From the IMG/VR virus record IMGVR_UViG_2744054782_000001: a DNA stretch of 25,213 nucleotides. One strand, given 5' to 3'. Each line of letters begins with the position of its first letter. The first letter of the stretch is position 1. The notes beneath the pieces are model-generated. The model had not been told where the DNA came from and did no database searches. It saw only the letters and a list, made by a program, of their open reading frames with translations. Source of the stretch: an uncultured virus (IMG/VR IMGVR_UViG_2744054782_000001) (taxonomy: Duplodnaviria > Heunggongvirae > Uroviricota > Caudoviricetes). Positions 15,845-24,664 of the stretch are shown here, piece by piece. A program made the position numbers and the translations under genes.

Positions 15845-15981
15845 AGGACCTGCGCCATATGACCCGTGCGGAAATCGAGGCCCGTATCGAGATCATCATC
15901 GGCAAACCAAACACCACCCGCTACGTCAGCAAGCGCCAGCGTAAGCCCCTGCCAAAACCCCTTAGAGGAAGCACCGCATGA
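15763..15981 (+). CDS. -1 frameshift extension of the tail assembly chaperone (GT form)
   Basis: The -1 frame is open from the slip site (KARAAERGNAEWRRIEHAFIRHGYRLEDLRHMTRAEIEARIE...GSTA*) and stops in an ATGA overlap with the tape-measure start. Confidence 0.85.
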   Translation, partial: KKARAAERGNAEWRRIEHAFIRHGYRLEDLRHMTRAEIEARIEIIIGKPNTTRYVSKRQRKPLPKPLRGSTA

Positions 15982-18215
15982 GTTCCGACCTGCGCGTCGC
16001 GCTTCGCATTCAAGCCCACTCGGGCGACAGCCGACGCGAGATCGAGCAGATCAATCGCGACCTGCGCAAGGCAGGAAAAGAGGGCGCCAAATCCTTGGCT
16101 GATGAAAGCTGGAAAGCCGGGGCAGCCATTACTAAAGTCGGCCAAGCCGGGGCCACCAGTTACAAGGTCATCCGCACGGCCATGCGCGAGACCGCCAAGG
16201 CTGGTTCCGACACTAAGATCGTGGTGACGAAAACGGCGGCCGAGTTGAAGGAAATGGCCAACGCCGCGCGCAAGGCAGCCAGAGACACCAAAACCGAACT
16301 GGCCAACGCCGATCGGCAAGGCGTACAACCGTTGCGTCAGAGTGTAGAAAAAACCGAATCGTCATTCCGTCGCATGGCGACGAACAGCGGTCGCCATTTG
16401 CGCGCTCTCAAAACTATCGCCATGGGCGTGCGTCAGGAGTTCAATCGGCTTAAAGGTTTAGGTAGCAGTGCCCAAGGACAATTGGCGACTGTCGGCGTCG
16501 GGCTTGGCGCGGTTGCCGGTTTGACCACCAGCGCCAACCTGGATCGGCAGCTGATTCGCACCAAGCAAACGGCTGACATGTCTGCGGAAGAAAAAGAAGA
16601 TTGGAAAAGGGATGGCTTCAGGATCGCCAGAAAATATGGCCTCGGCCGTGAGAGTGTCGACAGCGGCTTCAACACGCTGATTGCTTCAGGTGTTAAGTAC
16701 GCGCCAGCAAAAAAGACGGCTGACGCGATTGGCCAGGCATCGAGTGTTACAGGCGCGGACTCCGGCGTCTTGGGCAAGGCTGTAGTAGCTGCCGCCAGTG
16801 CCTTTAACGTTGATCTCAATGAAGGCGACGCGGCGCTGGATCTCTTGCAGAAAATGACTGTAGCCGGACGCCTGGGGAACGCTGAACTTGAGAACTTATC
16901 CGACCTATTCCCCAAGATTGGCGTTGCCGCGTCGGCCGCAGGTATGTCTATCGAACAAGCCCTGGCATTTACCGAAGCGCTGTCAAAGGTGGAGCTACAA
17001 CCTGACCGCTTGGGAACCTTGGCCGAGTCAACATTGCGCGTCTTCAGTAACAAGCAATATCGAGATCAAATCACCAAGACGAGTGGTGTCAGTTTCTTCA
17101 ACAAGAAAGACGGTACTTCCAAGAATCCGGTCGAGATATTCGAAGAGCTGAAAAGAAAATACCAAGCAATGAAAACCGATGAACAACGAGCAAAGTTCAT
17201 GGGGCTTGTATTCAAGGGCATGGATCAGGACACCGTTCGGGGGATGCGCAGCATGTTGACCGGCGAACGACTGGACGACTTCCGCAACGGCACCACTGAA
17301 CTTAAAAAAGCTGAGCCTATTTTCAATAACGACCTTAAGGAAAACACGCAGAGTGCAAGCGGCACTGCTGCGCGCATGAAAGCGACACTTGGCGAAGCCA
17401 TCGACCGCATGGCTACGCCCCTGAACAAGGGCTTTGCAGACCTTGGTACTTACCTGCTCGATGACCTGAATTTGTCTGGCGAGCAAATGTTATTCGGTGG
17501 CGCTGCGCTGGGGGTTGGCGGCTATTACGCTGGGCGCGGTGCCAAAGCTGGCGCCGGGGCGCTGCTGAACACGTTTATGGGTGGCCCTGAAACCCTCAAA
17601 AACATTGCTGTCGGCAAGGTGCTGGAAGAAGCAACGGGTGTTACATCGGTATTCGTCACCAATTGGCCTAACGGCGGCACAAGTCTCGGCGCCGCTGGAC
17701 TGCCCGACCTACCGGGTACGTCCTCTTCCGGCAAGGGCAAATCTGGTGGCGCGCTCGTGCCATGGTTGGGGCCGCTCGCACTTGCCGCCAGTGCGACTCA
17801 GCTCGGCGGATCGACCGGCCAGAACGCTGATGAAGATCGCTTGGCAATGGTGGCCAGAAACAAGCTGCTGGATGAAGGCCAGCGCACCTATCAGTCGGCG
17901 TTTTACGGCAACCGCATAGCTTTAGCGGGTCAGGCCCCCGATCAGTCGCAAGATTGGCTTTCCACCCAAGCCCAACGCCTGGCGCAACAGCAAACCGGTT
18001 TGACGGCATCGGGTAACTCCGTTGCTGGCGCTAATGCGTGGGCAGCGGGTGCTGCCAACCGCGCTGTGGCTGCAGGAGGTGAGACACAAGCCGCCGTGGC
18101 CCGTTTGCAACAGCTCCTGGACAAACCGCTGGTGATTGAGGTTCGCTCTGATTCCCGGATGATTCAAGCCGAGGTCGAGCGGCGCGCCGATTTGCAAGTG
18201 AGGCGCGGCCAATGA
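15978..18215 (+). CDS. Tail tape measure protein
   Basis: 745 aa, Ala/Gly-rich and helical; GRLGNAELENL core and VFVTNWP motif; GAGG RBS. Confidence 0.93.
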   Translation: MSSDLRVALRIQAHSGDSRREIEQINRDLRKAGKEGAKSLADESWKAGAAITKVGQAGATSYKVIRTAMRETAKAGSDTKIVVTKTAAELKEMANAARKAARDTKTELANADRQGVQPLRQSVEKTESSFRRMATNSGRHLRALKTIAMGVRQEFNRLKGLGSSAQGQLATVGVGLGAVAGLTTSANLDRQLIRTKQTADMSAEEKEDWKRDGFRIARKYGLGRESVDSGFNTLIASGVKYAPAKKTADAIGQASSVTGADSGVLGKAVVAAASAFNVDLNEGDAALDLLQKMTVAGRLGNAELENLSDLFPKIGVAASAAGMSIEQALAFTEALSKVELQPDRLGTLAESTLRVFSNKQYRDQITKTSGVSFFNKKDGTSKNPVEIFEELKRKYQAMKTDEQRAKFMGLVFKGMDQDTVRGMRSMLTGERLDDFRNGTTELKKAEPIFNNDLKENTQSASGTAARMKATLGEAIDRMATPLNKGFADLGTYLLDDLNLSGEQMLFGGAALGVGGYYAGRGAKAGAGALLNTFMGGPETLKNIAVGKVLEEATGVTSVFVTNWPNGGTSLGAAGLPDLPGTSSSGKGKSGGALVPWLGPLALAASATQLGGSTGQNADEDRLAMVARNKLLDEGQRTYQSAFYGNRIALAGQAPDQSQDWLSTQAQRLAQQQTGLTASGNSVAGANAWAAGAANRAVAAGGETQAAVARLQQLLDKPLVIEVRSDSRMIQAEVERRADLQVRRGQ

Positions 18216-19537
18216 GCTGGTCGGAAACGCTGCTCGACGCCTCCTTCCGTACTGTGCCCATTCAGGTCGTCGAGGAGAGTCTCCAGGCTCAGCGCGCACT
18301 GTCTGAACATGGCACGCCTTTTAAAGACGGCGACAGCGTCAAAGACTTGGGGCGCGGATCACGTCGTTTCCAGATGGAGGTCGTGGCCTTCGGCGTCAAC
18401 TATGAGATCGAGCTGCAAAATATCCTGCGTGCGCTCGACACTCCGGGGCCTGGTGAACTCGTCCACCCGATCTATGGCAGCGTCAGCGTCGTCACCCAAA
18501 CGTGGGAGGTCAAGCACAATGCGGACAATCCCGACTCAGCGACGATCACCCTGCTGTTTTTGGAAGAAACCCCGGAGCTGCCATTCTTCGCTCGCCAGTT
18601 TGAGTTCATAGATGTCGGCGTCACCGATGTGGCAGACGAATACACCTGGCAGGATGGCGTATTCGATCTGTTTGGCCGCATTGATTCGCTGGTCGGCGAG
18701 ATTCAGTCGTGGATTGGTGGCGGCTGGGTTGGACTGATCGAAAAGGCACTCGGTTTACCTGGCATTTTCCTGCGAGTGCAGCAGTTGCGCTCACAGATCC
18801 TCGGTATCGTTTCCGGTGTAGCCTCCATGGCCAAGCATCCCTCTGCCGCCTATGACCCGCTGACCGATTTGTTTCGCACGCCAACGCAGATCCGCAGTGC
18901 GATTCAAGGGAGCACGCCCGAGAAGCCCACAGCCTTGCTATCAATGTCCGGTGTACCGGCCACTGTTCCTGGCGGCGGCAATCTGACCACGGACGCGGCC
19001 CGTGCGGGCAATTCCTTCTTGATGAGTGCCCGCCAGGGCGTAGCATCAAACTCTGATCTTTTACCAGACAGCATGCCGGAAGATCCGATAGCTGCCAGTG
19101 CCTTCGCTTTGATTATGTTGGTCATCACGGAACTGGCGACAGCGCATGCCCAAGCCGTTGCTATCATCATCGAGGACGAGAGTCAGAAACCAACTTTAAG
19201 CCCGTTGCAGCTGGAAGGCCTGGTTAACTTGGTGCGCTCGTTGATTCAGTCCTCAATCTTGCTTCAGCGCCAACTCTACGACGTGGAAACCTCCCGGCCG
19301 ATCATCGAAGCCCTGCGCAATATGGCCGCGCTGATCCAGGCCCGCGCCCGGCAGGTCATTTTGCAGAGCCCACCGATGATCGAGCGCCGTGTTGAAACCC
19401 CGGCCAGCCTGCGCTTGTTGGCGCACCGCTGGTATGGCGACCACGCTCGCGCTCTCGAATTGATCCGGCTCAATCCTGACCTCAAATCTCCCCACAATAT
19501 TCCGGGCGGTAAGGTATTGCGTGCATATGCAGAATGA
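18212..19537 (+). CDS. DNA circularisation protein (Mu gpN-like)
   Basis: LLDASFR.VP, DLGR, PGPGELVHPIYG N-terminal domain; LAHRWYGD..RA.ELIRLNP C-terminus. Confidence 0.92.
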   Translation: MSWSETLLDASFRTVPIQVVEESLQAQRALSEHGTPFKDGDSVKDLGRGSRRFQMEVVAFGVNYEIELQNILRALDTPGPGELVHPIYGSVSVVTQTWEVKHNADNPDSATITLLFLEETPELPFFARQFEFIDVGVTDVADEYTWQDGVFDLFGRIDSLVGEIQSWIGGGWVGLIEKALGLPGIFLRVQQLRSQILGIVSGVASMAKHPSAAYDPLTDLFRTPTQIRSAIQGSTPEKPTALLSMSGVPATVPGGGNLTTDAARAGNSFLMSARQGVASNSDLLPDSMPEDPIAASAFALIMLVITELATAHAQAVAIIIEDESQKPTLSPLQLEGLVNLVRSLIQSSILLQRQLYDVETSRPIIEALRNMAALIQARARQVILQSPPMIERRVETPASLRLLAHRWYGDHARALELIRLNPDLKSPHNIPGGKVLRAYAE

Positions 19538-20651
19538 CATCCAGACGACGCCCATTCGCCTGTCCATCGGTGGCTTGGCTCATGACACCTGGGACGGCTG
19601 GTCGGTTGAATCCGACTTGCTGACACCGGCTGACGCCTTTGAACTGGAGTTGTACACGAAGCACTCGACGCGACTGCCTGCCGTTCTGAAAGAAGGCGCG
19701 CCCTGTTCGTTGACTCTTGGCAATGACCGCGTGTTGACCGGACAAATCGACGAATTCGAATACGACATCTCGCGCCAAAGCATTTCCATGCGCATCAACG
19801 GCCGGGACCGTGCGGCGACCTTGGTCGATTGTTCGGCGCCGTTCGTGTCGATGCGCGAAGCGTCACTGGCGCAGGTCCTCGACCAAGTGGTAAAGCCTCT
19901 GGGTATCTTCCAAGTCGAAATCCGAGCTGACCAAGCGAAGACTCGGCGCCGCATCCAGATCGAACCGGGGCAGACTGCCTGGGAAGCATTGTTGCAGGTC
20001 GCTGAGGCCAACGGGTTATGGCCATGGGTTGAGCCGGACGGCCGTCTGATTATCGGCGGCCCAGACTACAATGCGCCCGCCGTAGGCACCTTGATCCTGC
20101 GCGAAGACGGTGCAGGCAACAACGTCCAGCGGCTGAGCGTGCGCCGGTCCATCGCCAATCGCTACAGCCAGATTACCGTCCTCGGCCAGCATGGTCAGTA
20201 CGAAAACGATGGACTCGATACCAAGCGCTCGCATTTGAAGTCTGTGATTCAAGACGAAACCTTGGCTCGTCGCGGCATCTTCCGGCCGAAGGTTTTCATT
20301 GATAGTGCCAGCGAGAACCAGGACATGGCCACCATCCGTGCTCGCAAGCTGCTGGCGGATAGTCGGCTGGAGGGTTTCGAAATTCGCGCCATCGTCCAGG
20401 GCCATCGAGCTGATAACGGTCAGGTCTGGAGTCCTGGCCAGCGAGTCATTGTCCGTAGCCAGCCCCACGAACTGGATGCTATTTACTTCCTGATGGCCCG
20501 CACCTTGCGACTCTCCCGAGGCGAAGGTGCAATCACTGAACTGCGCTTGCGTGAGGACAAAATGTGGGTGCTCGATGGCATCAAACAGAAGAAACACAAA
20601 GGCAAGGTCAATAAAGACGCGGCCTTCATTGAAATGATCAAAGGGCTTTGA
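19521..20651 (+). CDS. Baseplate hub protein (Mu gpP/gp44-like); start 19521 or 19527
   Basis: GRDRA..LVDCS, EPGQTAWE and RYSQITVLGQ motifs. Confidence 0.92.
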   Translation: MHMQNDIQTTPIRLSIGGLAHDTWDGWSVESDLLTPADAFELELYTKHSTRLPAVLKEGAPCSLTLGNDRVLTGQIDEFEYDISRQSISMRINGRDRAATLVDCSAPFVSMREASLAQVLDQVVKPLGIFQVEIRADQAKTRRRIQIEPGQTAWEALLQVAEANGLWPWVEPDGRLIIGGPDYNAPAVGTLILREDGAGNNVQRLSVRRSIANRYSQITVLGQHGQYENDGLDTKRSHLKSVIQDETLARRGIFRPKVFIDSASENQDMATIRARKLLADSRLEGFEIRAIVQGHRADNGQVWSPGQRVIVRSQPHELDAIYFLMARTLRLSRGEGAITELRLREDKMWVLDGIKQKKHKGKVNKDAAFIEMIKGL

Positions 20652-21211
20652 TGTCCAGCCTGCCGCGTTTGATGCGCGAACAAATCAGCCGAGCCCTGTC
20701 GAGCCTGCGTCTACCGTTCCGAGCTGTTGCGGCCCGTAATACCCATGGCAAGTTGATCGGTGTCCAAATGCAGGGGCTTGCCGGTGAGACCGTTGACGGC
20801 GAACAGTTTCAAAATTACGGATTCAGTTCGGCGCCGTTACCTGGTGCGGAGTTCATCGTTATCCCGGTGGGTGGCAATAGTAAGCACACGGTTGTTGTGG
20901 CCAGCGAAGACGGCCGCTACCGATTGCAACTCCAGGACGGTGAAGTGTCGCTATATACGGATGAAGGCGATTACGTACATTTAAAGCGTGGCCGAGTAAT
21001 AGAGATCGTGACGGACACGCTTGTGGTCAAGGCTGGAAAGAAGGTGCGGTTTGAAACGCCGTTGGTGGAGATGTCCGGGAATGAATATGTTGAAGGCAGC
21101 GTCAAAGCGGATGGCGATATTGCCGATCACACGCGAACGATGCAGGCAGATCGTGTCATCTACAACGGGCACAATCACGGTGGTGGGCCTACTCCAACCC
21201 AGCGGCAATAA
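20651..21211 (+). CDS. Baseplate spike (Mu gp45-like)
   Basis: QNYGFSSAPLPGAE, GEVSLY..EG and C-terminal HNH metal-binding tip. Confidence 0.92.
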   Translation: MSSLPRLMREQISRALSSLRLPFRAVAARNTHGKLIGVQMQGLAGETVDGEQFQNYGFSSAPLPGAEFIVIPVGGNSKHTVVVASEDGRYRLQLQDGEVSLYTDEGDYVHLKRGRVIEIVTDTLVVKAGKKVRFETPLVEMSGNEYVEGSVKADGDIADHTRTMQADRVIYNGHNHGGGPTPTQRQ

Positions 21212-21249
21212 GCTGTGATAACTTCGGAATTTTAGACACGGAGGTATCA

Positions 21250-21516
21250 ATGAAAATTACCCAGCTTATCCCTTGCTCTGACTGGTATTACGCTGAACAG
21301 GACGATAACTCTGAATGGTCAGTAACACCTGTGGCTGCTTGGGCACTTACAAGCGAAGGTGAATCTGTAGGGATGATCCCTGTCAGCGGTACGAGGAATA
21401 ACTCTGCATTTCCAAAATATCCCCACTTGGAACCTGCCCCTCCGTGCGGGGGGAGATTTGTTCACGAAACAAAACTGACGGACAAGCAAAGATCAGCGGC
21501 AAAAAGAACCTACTGA
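21250..21516 (+). CDS. Moron 4: 88-aa hypothetical protein
   Basis: GGAGG RBS; AT-richer; sits between gp45 and gp46, which are normally adjacent. Confidence 0.8.
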   Translation: MKITQLIPCSDWYYAEQDDNSEWSVTPVAAWALTSEGESVGMIPVSGTRNNSAFPKYPHLEPAPPCGGRFVHETKLTDKQRSAAKRTY

Positions 21517-21518
21517 TT

Positions 21519-21585
21519 CTTAAACTTTGCTGAAATACAGTACCGCCAGTTAGCGCGGCACCATGCCTGCTATGGACGCAGGCAT
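21519..21585 (+). promoter_or_regulatory. Putative second late promoter with start-codon hairpin
   Basis: CTTAAAC-tttg-CTGAAA-taCAG-N18-CACCAT-N7-ATG; ATGCCTGC/GCAGGCAT stem with the ATG in its loop. Confidence 0.65.
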
Positions 21586-21922
21586 AAACCCCACCACTGG
21601 CGACTTGACGGGCCAGCGTATCAATACGCTGGCAAACGCCGTCTACATCCGCCTCATGACACCCCTCGGAACCTGGTGGGCTGACCCCGCCTTGGGCTCC
21701 CGACTGCACGAACTTCGACGCGAAAAAGACCGCCCTCGGGTCGGCATTCTTGCCAAGCAATATGCCGAGCAGGCGCTCCAGCCGCTGCTCGATGATGGCC
21801 GCGCCAAGAAGATCGCCATTACTGCCGAGCAGCCCCACAACGGCTGGCTTGACCTCCTAATTGACATCCTCGACGCCACCGGCAATCCGCAGGTGTTTCG
21901 CCAACCTGTAAGGGTGATTTGA
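21572..21922 (+). CDS. Baseplate protein (Mu gp46-like)
   Basis: WWAD..LGSRL.EL.REK and YAEQALQPL..DGRA motifs; ATG 21572 preferred over 21563. Confidence 0.9.
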   Translation: MDAGINPTTGDLTGQRINTLANAVYIRLMTPLGTWWADPALGSRLHELRREKDRPRVGILAKQYAEQALQPLLDDGRAKKIAITAEQPHNGWLDLLIDILDATGNPQVFRQPVRVI

Positions 21923-21923
21923 T

Positions 21924-22994
21924 ATGCCTTATTCCTCTCCTTCGCTAGAGGTCATTCTCGGCAACATCCTGCGGGACATCCGCAACCTTCAGGCCGAAGC
22001 CGATATCGGCACCGACAGCGACAACTACGTCCGCTCGGCAGTTACGGCGGCTGCGATTGAAGGGCTTTATCAGAAGATCGGTTGGGTGTTTCGCCAGATT
22101 TTTCCCGATACCGCAGATGAAGCTGAAGTCATCCATGCGGCCGCTATTCGGGGCGTTCCGCGTAAAGACCAGGTAGCGGCAACGGGAACCGTTGCACTGA
22201 AAGGAACAGCGGGAGTAACGCTGCTGATTGGCGCCACCCTGCGGCATGTTGTCTCCGGTGAAACGTTCATCACCCAGTCCGACGTCACCCTCGGGCCTGA
22301 TGGCAGCGGGACCGTCGTCATCAAGGCACAAACGCTCGGCAGCGCACTCAACAAGTTGACCGGCGAATTGATCGTTACCAGCCCGCCCCTAGGCATGGAT
22401 TCGACCGCCATTCTGGTTGGAGAAACCATCGGTGGGCTTGACCAGGAGAAAGTCGAATCCGTTCTGGCGAGGCTTCTGGAAATCATGCAAAAACCTCCCG
22501 CAGGAGGGGCTGTTTACGACTATGTGCGCTGGGCCAAGGAGGTCGACGGCGTCACCGATGTGCTGCCGCTACCCAAGCGCCGAGGCGCGGGTACGGTCGA
22601 TCTGGTCATTACGTCGGGCAGCGGACTTCCTTCGACTGAGGTCATAGCTGCATGCCTGGAACACGTTCTAGACCAGTGTTCGGTTATCGCCGATGTATGG
22701 GTGTATGTCCCGACTATTCGTGTCGTCCACTCCACCGCAAAAGTTGAGTTAGCAAGCGGCTATTTACTTGCAGATGTACAGATTGCCGCACAGGTAGCTT
22801 ATGACGCCCTGCTGGGGGCCTTGAAGCCTCGCGAGATGCTGAAACGCTCGCAAATTGAGGCCATGATCAACAACCTTGCAGGCGTTGTGGATCGCTCGGT
22901 GACAACGCCTGTTGCCAACGTTAAGCCGTCGGAAGATCCAACCCTGATCGGCTGGATTCGGCCGGGAACACTGACTTTGGGGCTGCTGGAATGA
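21924..22994 (+). CDS. Baseplate J/gp47-like wedge protein
   Basis: QIFPDTAD, GG.D.E, PPAGG..DY..WA and RRG.GTVD motifs. Confidence 0.94.
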   Translation: MPYSSPSLEVILGNILRDIRNLQAEADIGTDSDNYVRSAVTAAAIEGLYQKIGWVFRQIFPDTADEAEVIHAAAIRGVPRKDQVAATGTVALKGTAGVTLLIGATLRHVVSGETFITQSDVTLGPDGSGTVVIKAQTLGSALNKLTGELIVTSPPLGMDSTAILVGETIGGLDQEKVESVLARLLEIMQKPPAGGAVYDYVRWAKEVDGVTDVLPLPKRRGAGTVDLVITSGSGLPSTEVIAACLEHVLDQCSVIADVWVYVPTIRVVHSTAKVELASGYLLADVQIAAQVAYDALLGALKPREMLKRSQIEAMINNLAGVVDRSVTTPVANVKPSEDPTLIGWIRPGTLTLGLLE

Positions 22995-23566
22995 GCAGTC
23001 TTTCTGATCAATTAAAGCTGCTGCTGCCGCCAGTGTCGTACGACGGCGCTGCACCTGGACTGTCGGCTGCGCTTGAAGCGGAAGCCGATGCCTTGACGCT
23101 CAGTGAGTCGAGTGCAGATCTGGTGTATAGGGCCATTTTCCCCGACTCAGGAGAAGCGTTAACCGATTGGGAAAGAGTGTTGGGCTTACCTGATCCCTGT
23201 CTAATCGGCGTGCCTCAGTCAGGCAGTCAGCGTGTACAGGCCGTGGTCAGCAAACTTAAGTGGCGAGGTGGGCAGAGCAAAGCGTTCTTTATCTCCCTCG
23301 CCAAAAGCCTTGGCTACGACATCACTATCACCACATTCCGCCCGCCCCGAGCAGGCATCGCTAGAGCAGGCGATCCCGTCTACGGCGGGGATTGGGCCTT
23401 CACCTGGCGCGTCAACGCCCCCGCTGTATCCATCACCTACGCCAGAGCCGGAATCGCCAGAGCGGGCGACCCCGTTGCGGCTTGGGGCAATAAATCCCTC
23501 GAATGCAGGCTGCGTCAAATGCAGCCCGCCGAATCCATTTTACTGTTCGGTTACGGAGACAACTGA
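22991..23566 (+). CDS. Baseplate protein gp48/YmfQ-like
   Basis: LLLPP, DWERVLGLPD.C, GGQS..FFI.LA..LGY and LEC motifs. Confidence 0.92.
   Translation: MSSLSDQLKLLLPPVSYDGAAPGLSAALEAEADALTLSESSADLVYRAIFPDSGEALTDWERVLGLPDPCLIGVPQSGSQRVQAVVSKLKWRGGQSKAFFISLAKSLGYDITITTFRPPRAGIARAGDPVYGGDWAFTWRVNAPAVSITYARAGIARAGDPVAAWGNKSLECRLRQMQPAESILLFGYGDN
23348..23476 (+). repeat. Intragenic duplicated peptide RAGIARAGDPV (23348-23380 and 23444-23476)
   Basis: Identical 11-aa peptide encoded twice with synonymous differences. Confidence 0.8.
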
Positions 23567-24654
23567 TGCAAAAGGTCGGACAAAGCACCAGCAGCGCAAA
23601 TGCGGCCGGTGAATTCACTAATGGGAATCCAGCGGCCGGGGTGGAGCCGACCCAGATAACAGTGGGTTGGCTCAACAGCGTGCAGCGGGAGTTGATCAAT
23701 GCCATTGCAGGGCTCGGATTTCCTCTTGACCCGAACAACGATGCGCAGCTCCTTGCTGCAATCAAGTCTGCCACCAGTTGGGGGAATGTCAGCAACAGGC
23801 CCAGTGCCTTACTGGCGTTGAGTCGTATCACTAAAGTCACTGCTGACGCTACGTTGACCCCAGAGCAAATGGGCTTGGTGTTGATCGACGCAAGCGCATC
23901 GACCCGAGCCGTCAATCTGCCGTCCTCAGCACTGGTTGGCGTGGTGGATGTCATCGTAAGACGGACGGATAACACCGAAAATCGGCTGACGGTGCAGGCA
24001 GTAGCTGGTGACCGGATCAAGTTTCATACGCACCTGAATGCTGCGGGGTATACGTTTTTGGTGCTTATGGGGGCTGGCGACTGGTGGCATTTGCGAAGTG
24101 ATGGCCAAGGCGGTTGGTGGCCAGTGGGACGCTTCGATAATACGGCACTTGGCCGGCCAATTTTCGAGACAACCAAACTGTTCAGCCCTGGTGGCTACGG
24201 TGCTTTTAATGGATCGTTGCTGACCCGGACTGAATGGCCATGGCTCTGGGATCACGCGCAACAGTCGGGAATGATTATCGCCGACGGCGCACGCGCTGAG
24301 TGGGAAGGTTCCTGGACGAGCGGCGATGGCGTACTGACGTTCAGAGGGCCCGACGGTCGCGGTGTGTTCCTCCGTCTCCTAGACGAGACAAGAGGGGTCG
24401 ATCCTGGGCGCTCTCCTGGTAACTGGCAGCGCGATGCAATTCAAAACATTGTGGGGGCCATTCAAGACACGGGAACAGCGATACAAGGCGCGGGTGGTGC
24501 ATTCCAGACTTATGCGTCAGGAAGCGGTTACTGGACCGGTTCAGCGGTAGCCGGTGCGGACGCTTTCAACTTCGACGCATCTCGCGTTGTCAGGACTGCA
24601 AACGAAACCCGACCGACTAACGTCGCGTATCCGGGCCGTATTAAACTTATCTGA
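23566..24654 (+). CDS. Tail fibre protein
   Basis: TGATG coupling; FTNGNP...WLNSVQREL N-terminal anchor; collar-like PDGRG.FLR..D..RG.D.GR; FDASRVV.TA.ETRP.NVA C-terminus. Confidence 0.92.
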   Translation: MQKVGQSTSSANAAGEFTNGNPAAGVEPTQITVGWLNSVQRELINAIAGLGFPLDPNNDAQLLAAIKSATSWGNVSNRPSALLALSRITKVTADATLTPEQMGLVLIDASASTRAVNLPSSALVGVVDVIVRRTDNTENRLTVQAVAGDRIKFHTHLNAAGYTFLVLMGAGDWWHLRSDGQGGWWPVGRFDNTALGRPIFETTKLFSPGGYGAFNGSLLTRTEWPWLWDHAQQSGMIIADGARAEWEGSWTSGDGVLTFRGPDGRGVFLRLLDETRGVDPGRSPGNWQRDAIQNIVGAIQDTGTAIQGAGGAFQTYASGSGYWTGSAVAGADAFNFDASRVVRTANETRPTNVAYPGRIKLI

Positions 24655-24664
24655 GGGGCCGACT

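Noticed and set aside
15738..15944. 68-aa ORF as the frameshift partner of the chaperone
   Set aside because: It is in the +1/-2 frame and looks non-protein-like; the -1 frame has the GT-like motif and couples to the tape-measure gene.
23348..23476. Duplicated RAGIARAGDPV as a DGR template/variable repeat pair
   Set aside because: Short, synonymous, protein-level repeat typical of gp48/YmfQ proteins; no reverse transcriptase in the window.
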